Position numbers and translations under genes: made by a program | Notes under the pieces: generated by a model | What the model saw: only the letters and a program-made list of their open reading frames with translations | What the model was told of the DNA's origin: nothing | Databases searched by the model: none | Assembly: GCA_034530875.2 (NCBI GenBank) | Contig: JAVRCJ020000004.1 | Coordinates: forward strand, 32,001 to 96,000 | DNA from: Nostoc sp. DedSLP01 | GTDB taxonomy: Bacteria > Cyanobacteriota > Cyanobacteriia > Cyanobacteriales > Nostocaceae | DNA length: 64,000 nucleotides | Direction of reading: 5' to 3' | Part shown: one piece after another, positions 40,278-51,219 of the stretch | How positions within the stretch are numbered: position 1 is the first letter of the stretch | How the letters are laid out: each line of letters opens with the position of its first letter

Positions 40278-41933
40278 TTAAATTGTTTTGAGACGTTTTT
40301 TCTTGGTTTTTTGCTCGGGATTGGCATCTTCTATTGCTTGTTTTTCCAATTCTGGCAATTTAAAAAGAACTCCAGCAAAAAACCAATAATAGACAGCAAC
40401 AGGATCTACATCCAAAGGATAGTAGTAGGTGTTATAGCTAATAAACAATATAAACACCCATAAAGCTGCTCCGTAACTGCGGAAATTACGGTTTTTTATC
40501 GAACGATAGGTTTTGAAGGCAATAATCGTTAAAGTTGTGACTAAAGCCAAAAATGCTAATACTCCAACAATCCCAATTTCATAAAGTAATTTGGGGTAGT
40601 AAGTTTCTACTAGCTTAGTTTCACCCATTGTACGAGCTGAGTTAGTTGCCCTACCTAAGCCACTTCCTAGCGGCCCGTCTACGTTTTTCCAGTTTTCTTC
40701 AAATTGCTGGACGATAAAATCTTGGGGTGGTGAAGCTTCCCAACGACTGGTAAAACTAGCGGTTCTCTCTTGGACTACAGCAGGGTTAGTCACCATTGCT
40801 ATTCCCAAAATCACAGCCAGTCCTACTCCTATAGGAATAAACCGTTTCAGGTTGCCAATTTGACCAGTTAACAATAGCAAAATTCCAAAGCAGGTTGGTA
40901 CTAAAGCTAAAGCAATTCTTTGTCCAGAGATCACAGCATTAATAAATACTGAACCTAAAGCACCTAAACTAATTAATCGCCACATTATTGAAGGGTCGGT
41001 GAAGCCAGTAGCAAAGGTAAAAAAGGTGCTAGAAATTAAAAACCATGCCCATTGCCAAGGAGCAACGAATGTTCCTGGTAAGCGAATAACTCCTTCTTCA
41101 GGGCTATATAGTAGCGCTCCACCAAAATAACATCGGGCTTCTAGTGATGTGACAAATAGAGCATTTCCTTCCAGACCTCTAGTGCCTTTACATATACCAG
41201 TGAATAGTAAAAAGTATTGAACAAACCCCAGAATGCAGCAAATTAGTATGAGGGAAACTTGGAGGCGGGATAAAAGTAAAAAATCCCGTTTATCGCGAAT
41301 TAAATAGTAAGCACAAGCAATCAAAGGTACATAACCTAAAAGTACTTTCAGTCCCAGAATTCCCATACCTAAAGGTATTTCTTTGGGTGCTTTTTGAAAA
41401 AGTCCTACACTCGGCGGGTTAAACTGTTGTCCGCCATTGACAAACAACAGCGTTAATATACAACAACCCAAAACAATATAAAGTGGAGTTTTAATTCCTG
41501 GAGGAATAATTAATGGTAGCCCTTGTTTGCGGCAAGTCTGCCAAAGTCCGATAAACGCTGGAACGTAAAAAGCATCTTTAGCTAATTGCAGTACGGGACT
41601 ATTTCCTAAGTAGTAAGTGATAGTACCGCCAGCAGGTACGTAAATGATGAAGGCATATAAAGCCTGACGTGGGTATTTGTAAGCAAGAGCCATGACAATT
41701 ACGCCCAAAACACCAGGAACTGCTGCTTTAATTCCAGCTACGAAAAAAAGCACAATACCTAAGAAGACACCGCCAGAGGTGGCGGTGGTGAGTAAGCTGA
41801 TGAGTTCTTTACGCGCTTGGGCTGCTTTGCGCTTTTGGGCTAACTGTTCTTTGAGGCTAAGGGTAGGAGTTTCGTTTTTAGCCTGCTTTTTCGATTTTTT
41901 AGACGATCGCGATTTTGAATTATTTTTCGCCAT
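40278..41933 (-). CDS. hpsL: Hormogonium polysaccharide biosynthesis membrane protein, HpsL-like (Wzy/O-antigen ligase-like)
   Basis: Lys-rich N-terminus, ~12 TM segments, RLPGTF, ISGQR, GSGLGRATN; start placed at MAKNN. Confidence 0.75.
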   Translation of the reverse strand: MAKNNSKSRSSKKSKKQAKNETPTLSLKEQLAQKRKAAQARKELISLLTTATSGGVFLGIVLFFVAGIKAAVPGVLGVIVMALAYKYPRQALYAFIIYVPAGGTITYYLGNSPVLQLAKDAFYVPAFIGLWQTCRKQGLPLIIPPGIKTPLYIVLGCCILTLLFVNGGQQFNPPSVGLFQKAPKEIPLGMGILGLKVLLGYVPLIACAYYLIRDKRDFLLLSRLQVSLILICCILGFVQYFLLFTGICKGTRGLEGNALFVTSLEARCYFGGALLYSPEEGVIRLPGTFVAPWQWAWFLISSTFFTFATGFTDPSIMWRLISLGALGSVFINAVISGQRIALALVPTCFGILLLLTGQIGNLKRFIPIGVGLAVILGIAMVTNPAVVQERTASFTSRWEASPPQDFIVQQFEENWKNVDGPLGSGLGRATNSARTMGETKLVETYYPKLLYEIGIVGVLAFLALVTTLTIIAFKTYRSIKNRNFRSYGAALWVFILFISYNTYYYPLDVDPVAVYYWFFAGVLFKLPELEKQAIEDANPEQKTKKKRLKTI

Positions 41934-41968
41934 ACTAATGCTGTAGCCTATCAGACTCAAGGAGTCTA

Positions 41969-42736
41969 TTATAGTTGACAAATTTCTTTAGACTGCTGTA
42001 AGTCGTACAATCCAAATTCATCTCTAATTGATTGATTTAATAATTTCCGATTAAAAATGCTAAATCTCAGCCTTTTTGCATTATCAAAAAGATTTTCTCC
42101 TGTCTCCAGGATATAAACTGCACCCAAAAATGGCAATGATTTAATAGCTTTGCCTTGATTTTTTAAAATATCTCTAACTTTGGCATGACCTATATAATAT
42201 TTATAGTATCCGTAGCCACGATTATATTCTGCGGTCTCTGGCAAATCGTTCAAATCATATCGAATAATATTACAAGTACCGCACATTTTATAAAAATTGC
42301 TTCTTTTGAGATATATATAGTTACTGCCTTCCTGATATTTATAACCTTTATTGATAAACCAGCCATTAGAATCTGGGTGTTGTTGAACAAATTTTGCTAA
42401 GTTTTTACTCACACAATCATCAGCATCTACTGCCATAGTGTGAGTAGGAGAAAATCCCCGAGCATACATCAATCCTTTTAATAATTTTCGCCCTTTATCT
42501 GTGTCTCCTTTAGCTACAGGATTAGTTTCGTTTGGAGGGTAAAAATTAACTGTAATATATGTAATTTGGGGATGAGTAAATTCTATTTTCGGCTTTTCGT
42601 GGCAAACAACAATAACGTGAAAATTAGGCGAGGTTTGATTGCAAACTGATTTAAGGCATCTTTCAAATAACTGTGTAACGCGTTCCCAGGAATTTGAGGC
42701 TTGTGCGCTCTTGAGTGGAATAACAAAAACAAGCAC
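41969..42736 (-). CDS. GT-A fold glycosyltransferase
   Basis: FVIPLKS, SVCNQT, DKGRK, VDADD DxD motif; GTG start. Confidence 0.75.
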   Translation of the reverse strand: MLVFVIPLKSAQASNSWERVTQLFERCLKSVCNQTSPNFHVIVVCHEKPKIEFTHPQITYITVNFYPPNETNPVAKGDTDKGRKLLKGLMYARGFSPTHTMAVDADDCVSKNLAKFVQQHPDSNGWFINKGYKYQEGSNYIYLKRSNFYKMCGTCNIIRYDLNDLPETAEYNRGYGYYKYYIGHAKVRDILKNQGKAIKSLPFLGAVYILETGENLFDNAKRLRFSIFNRKLLNQSIRDEFGLYDLQQSKEICQL

Positions 42737-42910
42737 TACATTCTCTCAGGATAAATAGCTAATAATCTCGAAGCAAATGATAACACATTCAGACTAACGT
42801 CAAGAGTAATTATTAGACCTGCCTTGAAAATAGGGAGTAGGGAATGGGGAGTAGGGAATAGGGAAAATAAATTTTCATTGTTCCTTGTGAGCGCAACTCG
42901 TGGAGTAAGA

Positions 42911-43010
42911 GTGCAAAAGTCTTTTTGCACTCTTGGGGCAAAGGGATGCATGTAAAAGGGAAAGGGTTTTTTCTTATCCCTTTCCCCTTTTCCCGAATTC
43001 TACAAGTCTA
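42911..43010. mobile_element. MITE family A, degenerate copy 3
   Basis: Shares ATGTAAAAGGGAAAGGGTTTTTTCTTATCCCTTTCCCC with the 10838 copy; ends AAGTCTA. Confidence 0.6.
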
Positions 43011-43283
43011 TTGTGATGCCGTGAATTTTTTTTACAGAAGTAATTAGCAGACACTATGTAAAAATCTCACAGCTTCTACAAATTAACCAGCCTTGGTTAT
43101 CTGTAGAAGCTGCAATGAAAATTGGCATTTTTATCGGCCAATATAAGTAGAACGGCTGGAAAAAACCAAACTATGTAAAGAGAAATGAAATAGACTTAAG
43201 CTCTCTTTCTTGATTCCTTTTGTCTTCTACCTTCTGTCTTATCCCAACAATAAATATTCACACCGACCGACTTATTACCTAAC

Positions 43284-44756
43284 TTAGTCCATTAGATGTT
43301 GTTGGACTTTTGAGACTAATTCATTTGTCCAGTGGTTGGCAAGTTCGGCATCGGCGGCTTCTACCATAACTCTAATTACTGGTTCTGTACCAGAAGCGCG
43401 AACTAAGATTCTACCAGAATCACCCATTGCAGCTTCGGCAAGAGCGATCGCTTTTTGCACGGGTTGGCAATCTTTCCATCCTAAACGGCGATCGCGGTCT
43501 ACAACGCGCACGTTCCGCAATAATTGAGGATAGGTCTGGAAGCTTTGGTCTACTAATTCTGCTAGAGAAACACCTGTTTCTTTAACTAAAGCTGCTAAAT
43601 GCAAGGCTGTTAATAAGCCATCTCCAGTTACGGCATAATGACGGCAAAGTATGTGACCTGATTGTTCGCCGCCTAGCATTCCCCCAGTCCGCAGCATTTC
43701 GGCTTGCACGTATTGGTCGCCGACTGCGGTGCGAATCAATTTACCACCATTGTCTTTCCAGGCTTTCTCGAAGCCCAAGTTAGCCATGACTGTGGAAACA
43801 ATCAAGTTGTCTGGGAGTTGTTGCTTTTGTTGGAGGTGGCGTCCCCAGAGGTAGAGTATGTAATCGCCGTTAACTTGTCTGCCTGTATTATCTACTGCTA
43901 AGACGCGATCGGCGTCGCCATCAAAGGCAAAGCCGACATCGGCGTTGTGTTCTTGTACGGTGGCTGCGAGAATATCTAGGTGAGTGGAACCGCAATTGAC
44001 GTTAATGCGATCGCCATCTGCTTCGTTATGCAAGCAAATTACCTCTGCACCCATCTGTGTAAATACTGTTGGTGCTAATCCTACTGCTGCTCCCCATGCC
44101 AAGTCTAAAACAATCTTCATGCCTTCAAGATTGAAGTCCCCGTCCCAGGGTTTCTTCAATGCGTCGCCGTAATGGTCGATTAATTCTAAACGCGAGTAAT
44201 GCCGTCCGCAACTACTGTGAGTAGCAGCAGTTGATATCTTGCCACGCAGCCCCGCTTCAATTTCTGCTTGCAATAATTGGGGTAACTTGCCACCATTAGC
44301 ACCAAAAATCTTAATGCCGTTGTCTTCTGGGGGGTTGTGACTTGCAGAAATCATCACTCCACCTATGGCATCACTGATACTCGTGAGATAGGCAACGCAA
44401 GGAGTGGGACATAATCCCAAATACCAAACCTCTAAACCCGCTGCTGTTAATCCCGCACTCAAAGCCATTGCCAGCATATCGCTGGAGTTTCTAGAGTCCT
44501 GTCCGAGAATTACTGGCCCCATACCAGTAGCATGGTTACGTAAAACAATACCCGCCCAAAAACCAATTTGCAATGCTAAGGGCGCACTCAGTAATTCTCC
44601 CACTCGTCCGCGAATACCATCCGTGCCAAATAACGGATTTGCTGGTAGTGGTAGTAAATTCAGTGCAAAACTGCTCTCAATTACTTTACCTAATCCATTA
44701 GCTTCGGAAGCAGAATTTCCAGCGATGCCCGATGTCCGAGTTACAGATGAAACCAT
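43284..44756 (-). CDS. glmM: Phosphoglucosamine mutase
   Basis: [36 protein letters not shown]. Confidence 0.95.
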   Translation of the reverse strand: MVSSVTRTSGIAGNSASEANGLGKVIESSFALNLLPLPANPLFGTDGIRGRVGELLSAPLALQIGFWAGIVLRNHATGMGPVILGQDSRNSSDMLAMALSAGLTAAGLEVWYLGLCPTPCVAYLTSISDAIGGVMISASHNPPEDNGIKIFGANGGKLPQLLQAEIEAGLRGKISTAATHSSCGRHYSRLELIDHYGDALKKPWDGDFNLEGMKIVLDLAWGAAVGLAPTVFTQMGAEVICLHNEADGDRINVNCGSTHLDILAATVQEHNADVGFAFDGDADRVLAVDNTGRQVNGDYILYLWGRHLQQKQQLPDNLIVSTVMANLGFEKAWKDNGGKLIRTAVGDQYVQAEMLRTGGMLGGEQSGHILCRHYAVTGDGLLTALHLAALVKETGVSLAELVDQSFQTYPQLLRNVRVVDRDRRLGWKDCQPVQKAIALAEAAMGDSGRILVRASGTEPVIRVMVEAADAELANHWTNELVSKVQQHLMD

Positions 44757-45317
44757 AGTTTAAACACTCCACACAACAAAATGAAAAATAGCATTTGAGA
44801 CTGAATTCAGCAATTTCGAGATTCTTTATTATTTTGAGAAATTTATTCTAGATAAACTCAATTTTACGTAAAAATACTTAAAATATTGTTATCATATTTT
44901 AAATCTTTCATGAAGCCAGTATTTGTTTTTACGTTATAAGTAAAGTTTACTTATTGTAGCTAATTCTTGCTTTTATGCCCTCTATCTTAATCTTGACTCT
45001 TTTCTCTATAAGTTCACAAATAAAACATTTACGTAAAGTTGAGTGATAAATATTGCTTTAATGATGTTATCGATTTTCTAGCCAATCTGAGAATCAAAGC
45101 AAAATTGAGCAGATCGAAACAAAAAATCAAAATACTCGCAATATAAAGTTTTCGTCCTGGGTGAATTTATTGTGTAAACAACTACAAAGTAGTAAAGCTT
45201 AAAAAATTTTAATATAAATTCTCATCAAATAGTTTTAAGGTAACGTTTTAATGGCCTTTTTAGCCGTTCGTCAATTAAAACTCCGGCAGTTGACTTTTTA
45301 AAGTTGAGATATTTAGT

Positions 45318-46034
45318 ATGAGCAGCAATTTAGCAACCAAATTACGTGTAGGCACTAAGAAAGCTCACACGATGGCAGAAAATGTAGGTTTTGTCAAGTG
45401 CTTTTTAAAAGGAGTAGTCGAGAAAAACTCTTACCGGAAACTAGTTGCTAACTTCTACTTCATCTACTCAGCGATGGAAGAGGAGATGGAAAAGCATCGC
45501 CAGCATCCGATAGTTTCTAAAATTTATTTTCCCCAGTTAAACCGCAAGCATACCCTAGAGCAAGATCTAAGTTATTACTTTGGTGCGAATTGGAGAGAGC
45601 AAATCAAACTATCTCCCGCAGGTGAAGCTTACGTGCAGCGGATTCGGGAAATATCTGCAACAGAACCAGAATTGTTAATCGCCCATTCATATACTCGTTA
45701 TCTGGGTGACTTATCCGGGGGACAAATTCTCAAAGGCATTGCTGTAACGGCAATGAATTTGTCTGACGGGCAAGGTACTGCTTTCTATGAATTTGCAGAT
45801 ATCCCTGATGAAAAGGCATTTAAAGCCAAATATCGCAAGGGTTTGGATGAATTACCTCTAGACGATGCTACAGCCGATCGCATTGTTGATGAAGCTAACG
45901 CCGCCTTTGGTATGAACATGAAGATGTTCCAAGAATTAGAAGGTAATTTGATCAAAGCGATCGGTGTAATGCTGTACAACACCCTCACACGCCGTCGTAC
46001 ACGCGGTAGTACCGAACTCGCTACTGCTGAGTAA
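45318..46034 (+). CDS. ho1: Heme oxygenase (ferredoxin-dependent)
   Basis: GTKKAHTMAE, HSYTRYLGDLSGGQ, EANAAFGMNM. Confidence 0.95.
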   Translation: MSSNLATKLRVGTKKAHTMAENVGFVKCFLKGVVEKNSYRKLVANFYFIYSAMEEEMEKHRQHPIVSKIYFPQLNRKHTLEQDLSYYFGANWREQIKLSPAGEAYVQRIREISATEPELLIAHSYTRYLGDLSGGQILKGIAVTAMNLSDGQGTAFYEFADIPDEKAFKAKYRKGLDELPLDDATADRIVDEANAAFGMNMKMFQELEGNLIKAIGVMLYNTLTRRRTRGSTELATAE

Positions 46035-46703
46035 TCGGTGGAAAATAGTGACAGTTGCCTGGAAGTGAATTTATAATTCAAGAGAAATTTCCACCCCAGA
46101 TATTCAGTAAGTCCTGAGTACAAAATGCGGAGTGTGGAGTGTGGAGTCATTATTCCAGACACCTTGGTGAAAAATAATTCATAAGTGTTTCTGGGGAAAA
46201 ATCGATGCTTGCGGCCAGCCCGCTTTGCATCTGTGCCAAAAACCTGCAAAATATTTAGGGGCGATCGCCCTGTGAATGCTTTTTATTAGTGAGAGCAAGC
46301 ATAGGGAGATTGCCCCTCAATTATTAGGAGCTTCCGATAAGGGAATTCCAACTAAAAAAATATACAATCACCAGGGGTAGCAGAGGGAGCAGAGGGAGCA
46401 GAGGGAGCAGGGGAGGAAGATTTCAGATGATATTTACTCTCACCCATTGAATAATTTATTTTCTGGAAGTCCCTAAAAAAGTACCCATCAGTTAAAAGCA
46501 GGGGGCAGGGGAGACAAGCGGACAAGGAGAAGAGAATAAGTTAACTCTTCACTGCTCACTTAGTACTCACCAAATCCGCTTTTATAATTCTCTCTTCTCC
46601 CCCTGCCCCCCTGCCCCCTGCCCCTCCGCCCCATCCTCAGAAGCGTAAAGAAAGTAGTGGCGTACAGTCGATTACTGGCATTACCTGAAACACCCCTGAA
46701 AAC

Positions 46704-46726
46704 AAAAAAACCCGCCGTAGCGGGGT
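46704..46726 (-). terminator. Intrinsic terminator of pirA
   Basis: CCCGC-CGTA-GCGGG hairpin preceded by A7 on the + strand (U tract on the - strand). Confidence 0.7.
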
Positions 46727-46759
46727 ACACAACAAAACTATGAACAATGAAAACTTGAT

Positions 46760-46915
46760 TTAGTTGGAATATTTCATCTCTGCTTCTAGTTGACGAATCA
46801 ATTGTTCGTCGCCTTTTGCTCTGGCTACTTGCAAGCGATGTTCTAGGCTTCTTTGAATATTTTCTCTATGAGCTTCTCGTGCTTTCCTGGCAGCCTGTAA
46901 TCTACCTTGATTCAT
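46760..46915 (-). CDS. pirA: PII-interacting regulator of arginine synthesis PirA (51 aa)
   Basis: HRENIQRSLEHRLQVARAKGDEQLIRQLEAE matches my recollection of PirA; AAAGAGG RBS; upstream NtcA site. Confidence 0.75.
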   Translation of the reverse strand: MNQGRLQAARKAREAHRENIQRSLEHRLQVARAKGDEQLIRQLEAEMKYSN

Positions 46916-46974
46916 AGAAATTACCTCTTTAATTTCTGGCTTTATGTTTTGTATTCCTAACATAACATATATTC

Positions 46975-46990
46975 TGTAGCAACAGCTACA
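46975..46990. promoter_or_regulatory. NtcA-binding site
   Basis: TGTA-GCAACAGC-TACA fits the canonical GTA-N8-TAC, within the palindrome TTCTGTAGC..GCTACAGAA. Confidence 0.8.
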
Positions 46991-47040
46991 GAAATTTATG
47001 AGTTTATGTATACTTTAGTCAAATGATGTTTGGGAACCGT

Positions 47041-47829
47041 ATGAGTCAACAAGCATTGGTGACTTTACTGAGCGATTTTGGCGATCGCGATGTCTATGTC
47101 GGCGTCATGAAAGGAGTCATAGCGCAAATCAACTCTCAAATCTCAATGGTTGATTTGACGCACGACATTCCGCCCCAAGACATAACCGCAGCGCGGTTTT
47201 CGCTGATGAATGCTTATCTTTATTTTCCAGTCGGGACAGTGCATGTAGCAGTGGTAGATCCTGGTGTGGGCAGTAAGCGACGGGCGATCGCAGTAGAATT
47301 TGCTCAAGGGTTTCTTGTGGGGCCAGATAATGGCATTTTCAGCGGAGTATTAAGTGAGAGTCCGGCGATTGTAGCTGTGGAGCTTACAAATCTTAACTAT
47401 TGGAGAACTCCTCTACCAAGCAAGACTTTTCACGGTAGGGATATTTTTGCACCAGTGGCGGCTCATCTGGCTAGTGGCGTACCTCTAAGACAGTTAGGAC
47501 AAGAAATCGATCCAGCCAGTTTAGTCAAGTTGGATATTGGGGAGTGCAAGCAAACAACAACTGGCGTGGTAGGTTGCATTCAATATATTGATGGCTTTGG
47601 CAACTTAGTCAGCAACATTCTAGGAAGTTACGTCCAGGGTAAAACCTGGTGCGTGCAAGCTGCTGGATTGAGGATACCAGGATGTGAAACTTATAGTAAT
47701 GTCAACGTGGGAGAAGCGTTAGCTTTGGTTGGCAGTCACGGCTGGGTAGAAATTGCCATCAATAGCGGCAATGCTCGCTCACAATTACAGCTTAATTTAG
47801 GAGATACGCTACAAGTCTTGTTTCTCTGA
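47041..47829 (+). CDS. SAM hydroxide adenosyltransferase / halogenase-like (DUF62) family protein
   Basis: LLSDFG, VVDPGVG, GPDNG, TFHGRDIFAP, IDGFGN. Confidence 0.9.
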   Translation: MSQQALVTLLSDFGDRDVYVGVMKGVIAQINSQISMVDLTHDIPPQDITAARFSLMNAYLYFPVGTVHVAVVDPGVGSKRRAIAVEFAQGFLVGPDNGIFSGVLSESPAIVAVELTNLNYWRTPLPSKTFHGRDIFAPVAAHLASGVPLRQLGQEIDPASLVKLDIGECKQTTTGVVGCIQYIDGFGNLVSNILGSYVQGKTWCVQAAGLRIPGCETYSNVNVGEALALVGSHGWVEIAINSGNARSQLQLNLGDTLQVLFL

Positions 47830-48088
47830 CAAAACCAGAACTATTGTTGAGTGTTGACTGTTAACAGCGACCAGTGTACCCTTGTTGGTTAAAATCTTTA
47901 AACCAACTGGTTTTCATGAGTTAACAACCAACACATCCTAAATTCAAAAATCTCATTATTCATATATCCTAGAGCATACTTTTAGAAATACTCACATTAA
48001 ATTCGCCTCATTGCCCATAATAATAAAAGTAACCATTCAGCAATTTACTGTACTACTTCACTAAGCAATCATTACTATATCTTTCGCT

Positions 48089-48745
48089 ATGACTACGCAA
48101 ATACTACCTGCACCAGAAGTTTATCAAGGTCAGTTTGGGGAATTTACAATCACTTCAAACGATCGCACTGGGGTGATTATCTACCGTACTGGGTTAATGA
48201 TAGCTGCACTCAGCTTTGCTGTCGGTAGCGCTCTGGTTTTATTCAACAATAACCCGACTGTTATCAGTCTATTAACACCTCTATATGCTTGTTTTATTTT
48301 AGGTCTCGGTGTAAGTTTATTTACAATTCATATCTACATGATAGTATTACACCGAATGCTGCAAGTTTTTTGGGCGATCGGTACTATTGCATCTACTGTT
48401 TTGGCGCTATCTAGTAGCGAACCTTTGGCTGTTACTATTTATAATCAGCCTCTTACTTTGTTTGGAGTTGGTTTTATCTTCGTAGCTCTGACAGGTATTT
48501 ATTTTAAAGAAGCGTTTTGTTTCAATCGCTTGGAAACAAAAGTATTAACTCCGATAGTACCGCTACTATTGTTAGGGCATTTAGTAGGAATTTTCACAAT
48601 TCAGTGGGAAAGTATTTTATTAGGAATTTGGGCAACATTGTTTTTGGTATTTGCTTTGCGAAAAACAGTGCAACGAATTCCTGATGATATTGGCGATAAG
48701 TCTGTATTTGCTTACTTAAAACAACAGCGCCTGTCCAAAGCTTAA
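48089..48745 (+). CDS. DUF2301 membrane protein
   Basis: YQGQFGEF, IHIY, FKEAFCFNRLE, DIGDKSVF. Confidence 0.85.
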   Translation: MTTQILPAPEVYQGQFGEFTITSNDRTGVIIYRTGLMIAALSFAVGSALVLFNNNPTVISLLTPLYACFILGLGVSLFTIHIYMIVLHRMLQVFWAIGTIASTVLALSSSEPLAVTIYNQPLTLFGVGFIFVALTGIYFKEAFCFNRLETKVLTPIVPLLLLGHLVGIFTIQWESILLGIWATLFLVFALRKTVQRIPDDIGDKSVFAYLKQQRLSKA

Positions 48746-49434
48746 TGCAGACAAAAAATCGTCGGCGTCAAAAATTTCCAAAAGTCAAACTAATAAAACG
48801 CCAAGAAATGTGGACACTTACGGCTGCGGGGTGGGCGATTGCAATCGCTGTGATTGCTTATTTAATATTTTTGAGTATTACTCATGTACACTCATATCTC
48901 GCCGTAACTTCCCCCATCAAATCAGCAGAAATATTAGTTGTTGAAGGATGGTTACCAGATTATGCTATAGAAGAAGCGTTAATTGAATTTCAAAAAGGTT
49001 CTTACCGTCAAATAATTACTACCGGAGGTAGTTTAGGAAAAGGCAGTTATCTGACTGGATATAATAGTTTTGCAGAAGTGACAGCAGCAACCTTGAATAA
49101 ACTCGGTTTAGAAGCAGAAAAAGTAGTGGCTGTTCCCACACCTTTTGTCATTAAGGATCGTAGTTATGCATCTGCTGTCGAGTTTTATCGCTGGCTATCG
49201 AATTCCAATTTAAAAGTCCAATCAATTAATCTTTTTTCTTTGGACGTTCATACCCGTAGGAGTTGGTTAATCTTCAAAAACATTCTCAATCCTGATATTG
49301 AAGTTGGCGCGATCGCTGCTAAAACTCAAGATTACGATCCAAAAAAGTGGTGGCGTTCTAGCCAAGGCGTGCGGACAGTTCTTGATGAAACAATTGCTTA
49401 TCTTTATGCCCGATTTTTGAGTTTGAGAGATTAA
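48745..49434 (+). CDS. YdcF/DUF218 family protein
   Basis: TM anchor, VVEGWLPD, ITTGG, HTRRS. Confidence 0.8.
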   Translation: MQTKNRRRQKFPKVKLIKRQEMWTLTAAGWAIAIAVIAYLIFLSITHVHSYLAVTSPIKSAEILVVEGWLPDYAIEEALIEFQKGSYRQIITTGGSLGKGSYLTGYNSFAEVTAATLNKLGLEAEKVVAVPTPFVIKDRSYASAVEFYRWLSNSNLKVQSINLFSLDVHTRRSWLIFKNILNPDIEVGAIAAKTQDYDPKKWWRSSQGVRTVLDETIAYLYARFLSLRD

Positions 49435-49818
49435 AAGTTGTCATAATTCAAAATAGTCTACGCACCGCTACGCTAAAACGAGTCAGAATTCAGAATTCTG
49501 AATTTACATCTTAATCCCCGGCTTCTTGAAGAAGTCGGGACTCTTGCAAGCTTTTTAAATTAATCAAATACATCGGTAGTCTGTCAAAACAAGTTTACAC
49601 GCTTAGGTAACTAAATTTACGCACTGCTGTACTACAAATAAATTCTGACTTGTGAAGTTATTTTTTGCCGACTTCTGGGAACTCTATGAATACGGTTCAG
49701 TAATTCACGCAGCGTTGACTAGAAAAATAGCTGATTTTATAAGTAGCAAATCACACTGGTCATGCGTGCCGTTTTCATCCGTATTGTAAAAATTGTTTAG
49801 AGTTTTGAGGATCGGCTG

Positions 49819-51135
49819 ATGGATAAATCTATTATTCAGTTGGTTGACGAATTACCAGCTGACAATATCACTGTCAAAGTTTTAAAGGCTCTTGATTACG
49901 TAGCACCAGGTGAATGGAATAATGTGGTGGGGTTTGACAATAATATCCGCGCCATCACTGGAGAAAGCGATGCTAAGGTAATTCAGAAAATCCGCGATCG
50001 CGCTGTTGCTTTATATCACGATCCTCAAAATGGCTACCAGGCTGCAATCAAAGTTTATCAAATAATTGATAAAGCAGATACAGCTATGGCGACAGCAGCT
50101 TTAGCTAATAAAGTTGGTGAAAAAATTGGCTTTCTGTCTTTTTTAAGCAACATTACTCCTAAAGCCGACGTCACTCAATCGATTGATTTAGCACTGAAAA
50201 TTGCTGTTGAAATCATCGCCTTCTGCAAAGTCAATGGTATTCCTCAACCCAATCCTCAAGAGTTTGCCAATTCTCTTGCTAACAACTATCAAAATGCATC
50301 TCTAATGCGGATGGTTGCTTTAGTTTGTTTAGATGGAATTTTGCCCTTAGGCCCAGATTTTCTAGGGAAAATTCACTCAGTAATTAGTGGCGCTGATACT
50401 AGTGCAATAGCTCAAAATCCTGTTTTCTTAGCTGTCAATAGTTCTCTACCAGGTAATAGCCCCACTGATAAACTTGGTTTTATTAATCAAAGTTTCAACT
50501 CCGTACAAGGGTGGATGAATAGCTTAGTATCTAAAACAGGCATCACCCCACAATCAATTTCTAGTCATTTGGGTAATTTTATTCAGATTGCTGATGATAA
50601 CTTAGATTTTGTAGCAGCATTTTTAGACCAAACTACAAATTACTACGAACATACCGGAATTCAAACAGTTGCTCGCAGTGTAATTTTGCAAGCATATAAT
50701 TTAGTTAAAGAGGAAATTAAACAAGAGGCACAAAAGCAGATTCAAGATGTTTCATCTGCTGCAAAGTCAAATATAAAATCAGATAATACTCAGTATGCAG
50801 TCAGCAATACAGTAGAAATCTGGGATGAGGATGAAGAAGATTGGTATCAAGGAACAATTGAAAAAATCCAAGATGACCAATTCTATATTCATTACCTTGG
50901 TTATGGTTCATCTTATGATGAATGGATAGGTGAAGATGATATTCGGACTCGCGATCTTCGCTCTGCTGATGACAATGGACATGCAGTTGGTCAAAAGGTA
51001 AAATGTTGGGATGAAGACCAAGAAGCTTGGTATTCTGCTACCATTCAACAAGTCCAAGGTCACCAATACTTCCTTCGCTACATCGGTTATGACTCATCTT
51101 ATGATGAGTGGGTTGATAACGATGAAATTCGCTAA
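49819..51135 (+). CDS. Helical hypothetical domain fused to two Tudor-knot/Agenet-like domains
   Basis: C-terminal tandem repeats VEIWDEDEEDWYQGTI..YIHYLGYGSSYDEWI and VKCWDEDQEAWYSATI..FLRYIGYDSSYDEWV. Confidence 0.75.
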   Translation: MDKSIIQLVDELPADNITVKVLKALDYVAPGEWNNVVGFDNNIRAITGESDAKVIQKIRDRAVALYHDPQNGYQAAIKVYQIIDKADTAMATAALANKVGEKIGFLSFLSNITPKADVTQSIDLALKIAVEIIAFCKVNGIPQPNPQEFANSLANNYQNASLMRMVALVCLDGILPLGPDFLGKIHSVISGADTSAIAQNPVFLAVNSSLPGNSPTDKLGFINQSFNSVQGWMNSLVSKTGITPQSISSHLGNFIQIADDNLDFVAAFLDQTTNYYEHTGIQTVARSVILQAYNLVKEEIKQEAQKQIQDVSSAAKSNIKSDNTQYAVSNTVEIWDEDEEDWYQGTIEKIQDDQFYIHYLGYGSSYDEWIGEDDIRTRDLRSADDNGHAVGQKVKCWDEDQEAWYSATIQQVQGHQYFLRYIGYDSSYDEWVDNDEIR

Positions 51136-51219
51136 CTGTTGAGTGATTGCGGGGCGATAATGCCCCGTATTAACAAACAGTATTTTTCGCAATTCATCAT
51201 TGACAAATAATTTCCTAAA

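Noticed and set aside
42736..42951. 71-aa ORF upstream of the GT-A gene
   Set aside because: Lies over MITE/STRR sequence (PTPHSLLP)
12071..46034. HugZ-like gene and ho1 as a heme-utilisation locus
   Set aside because: They are 33 kb apart with no heme transporter genes
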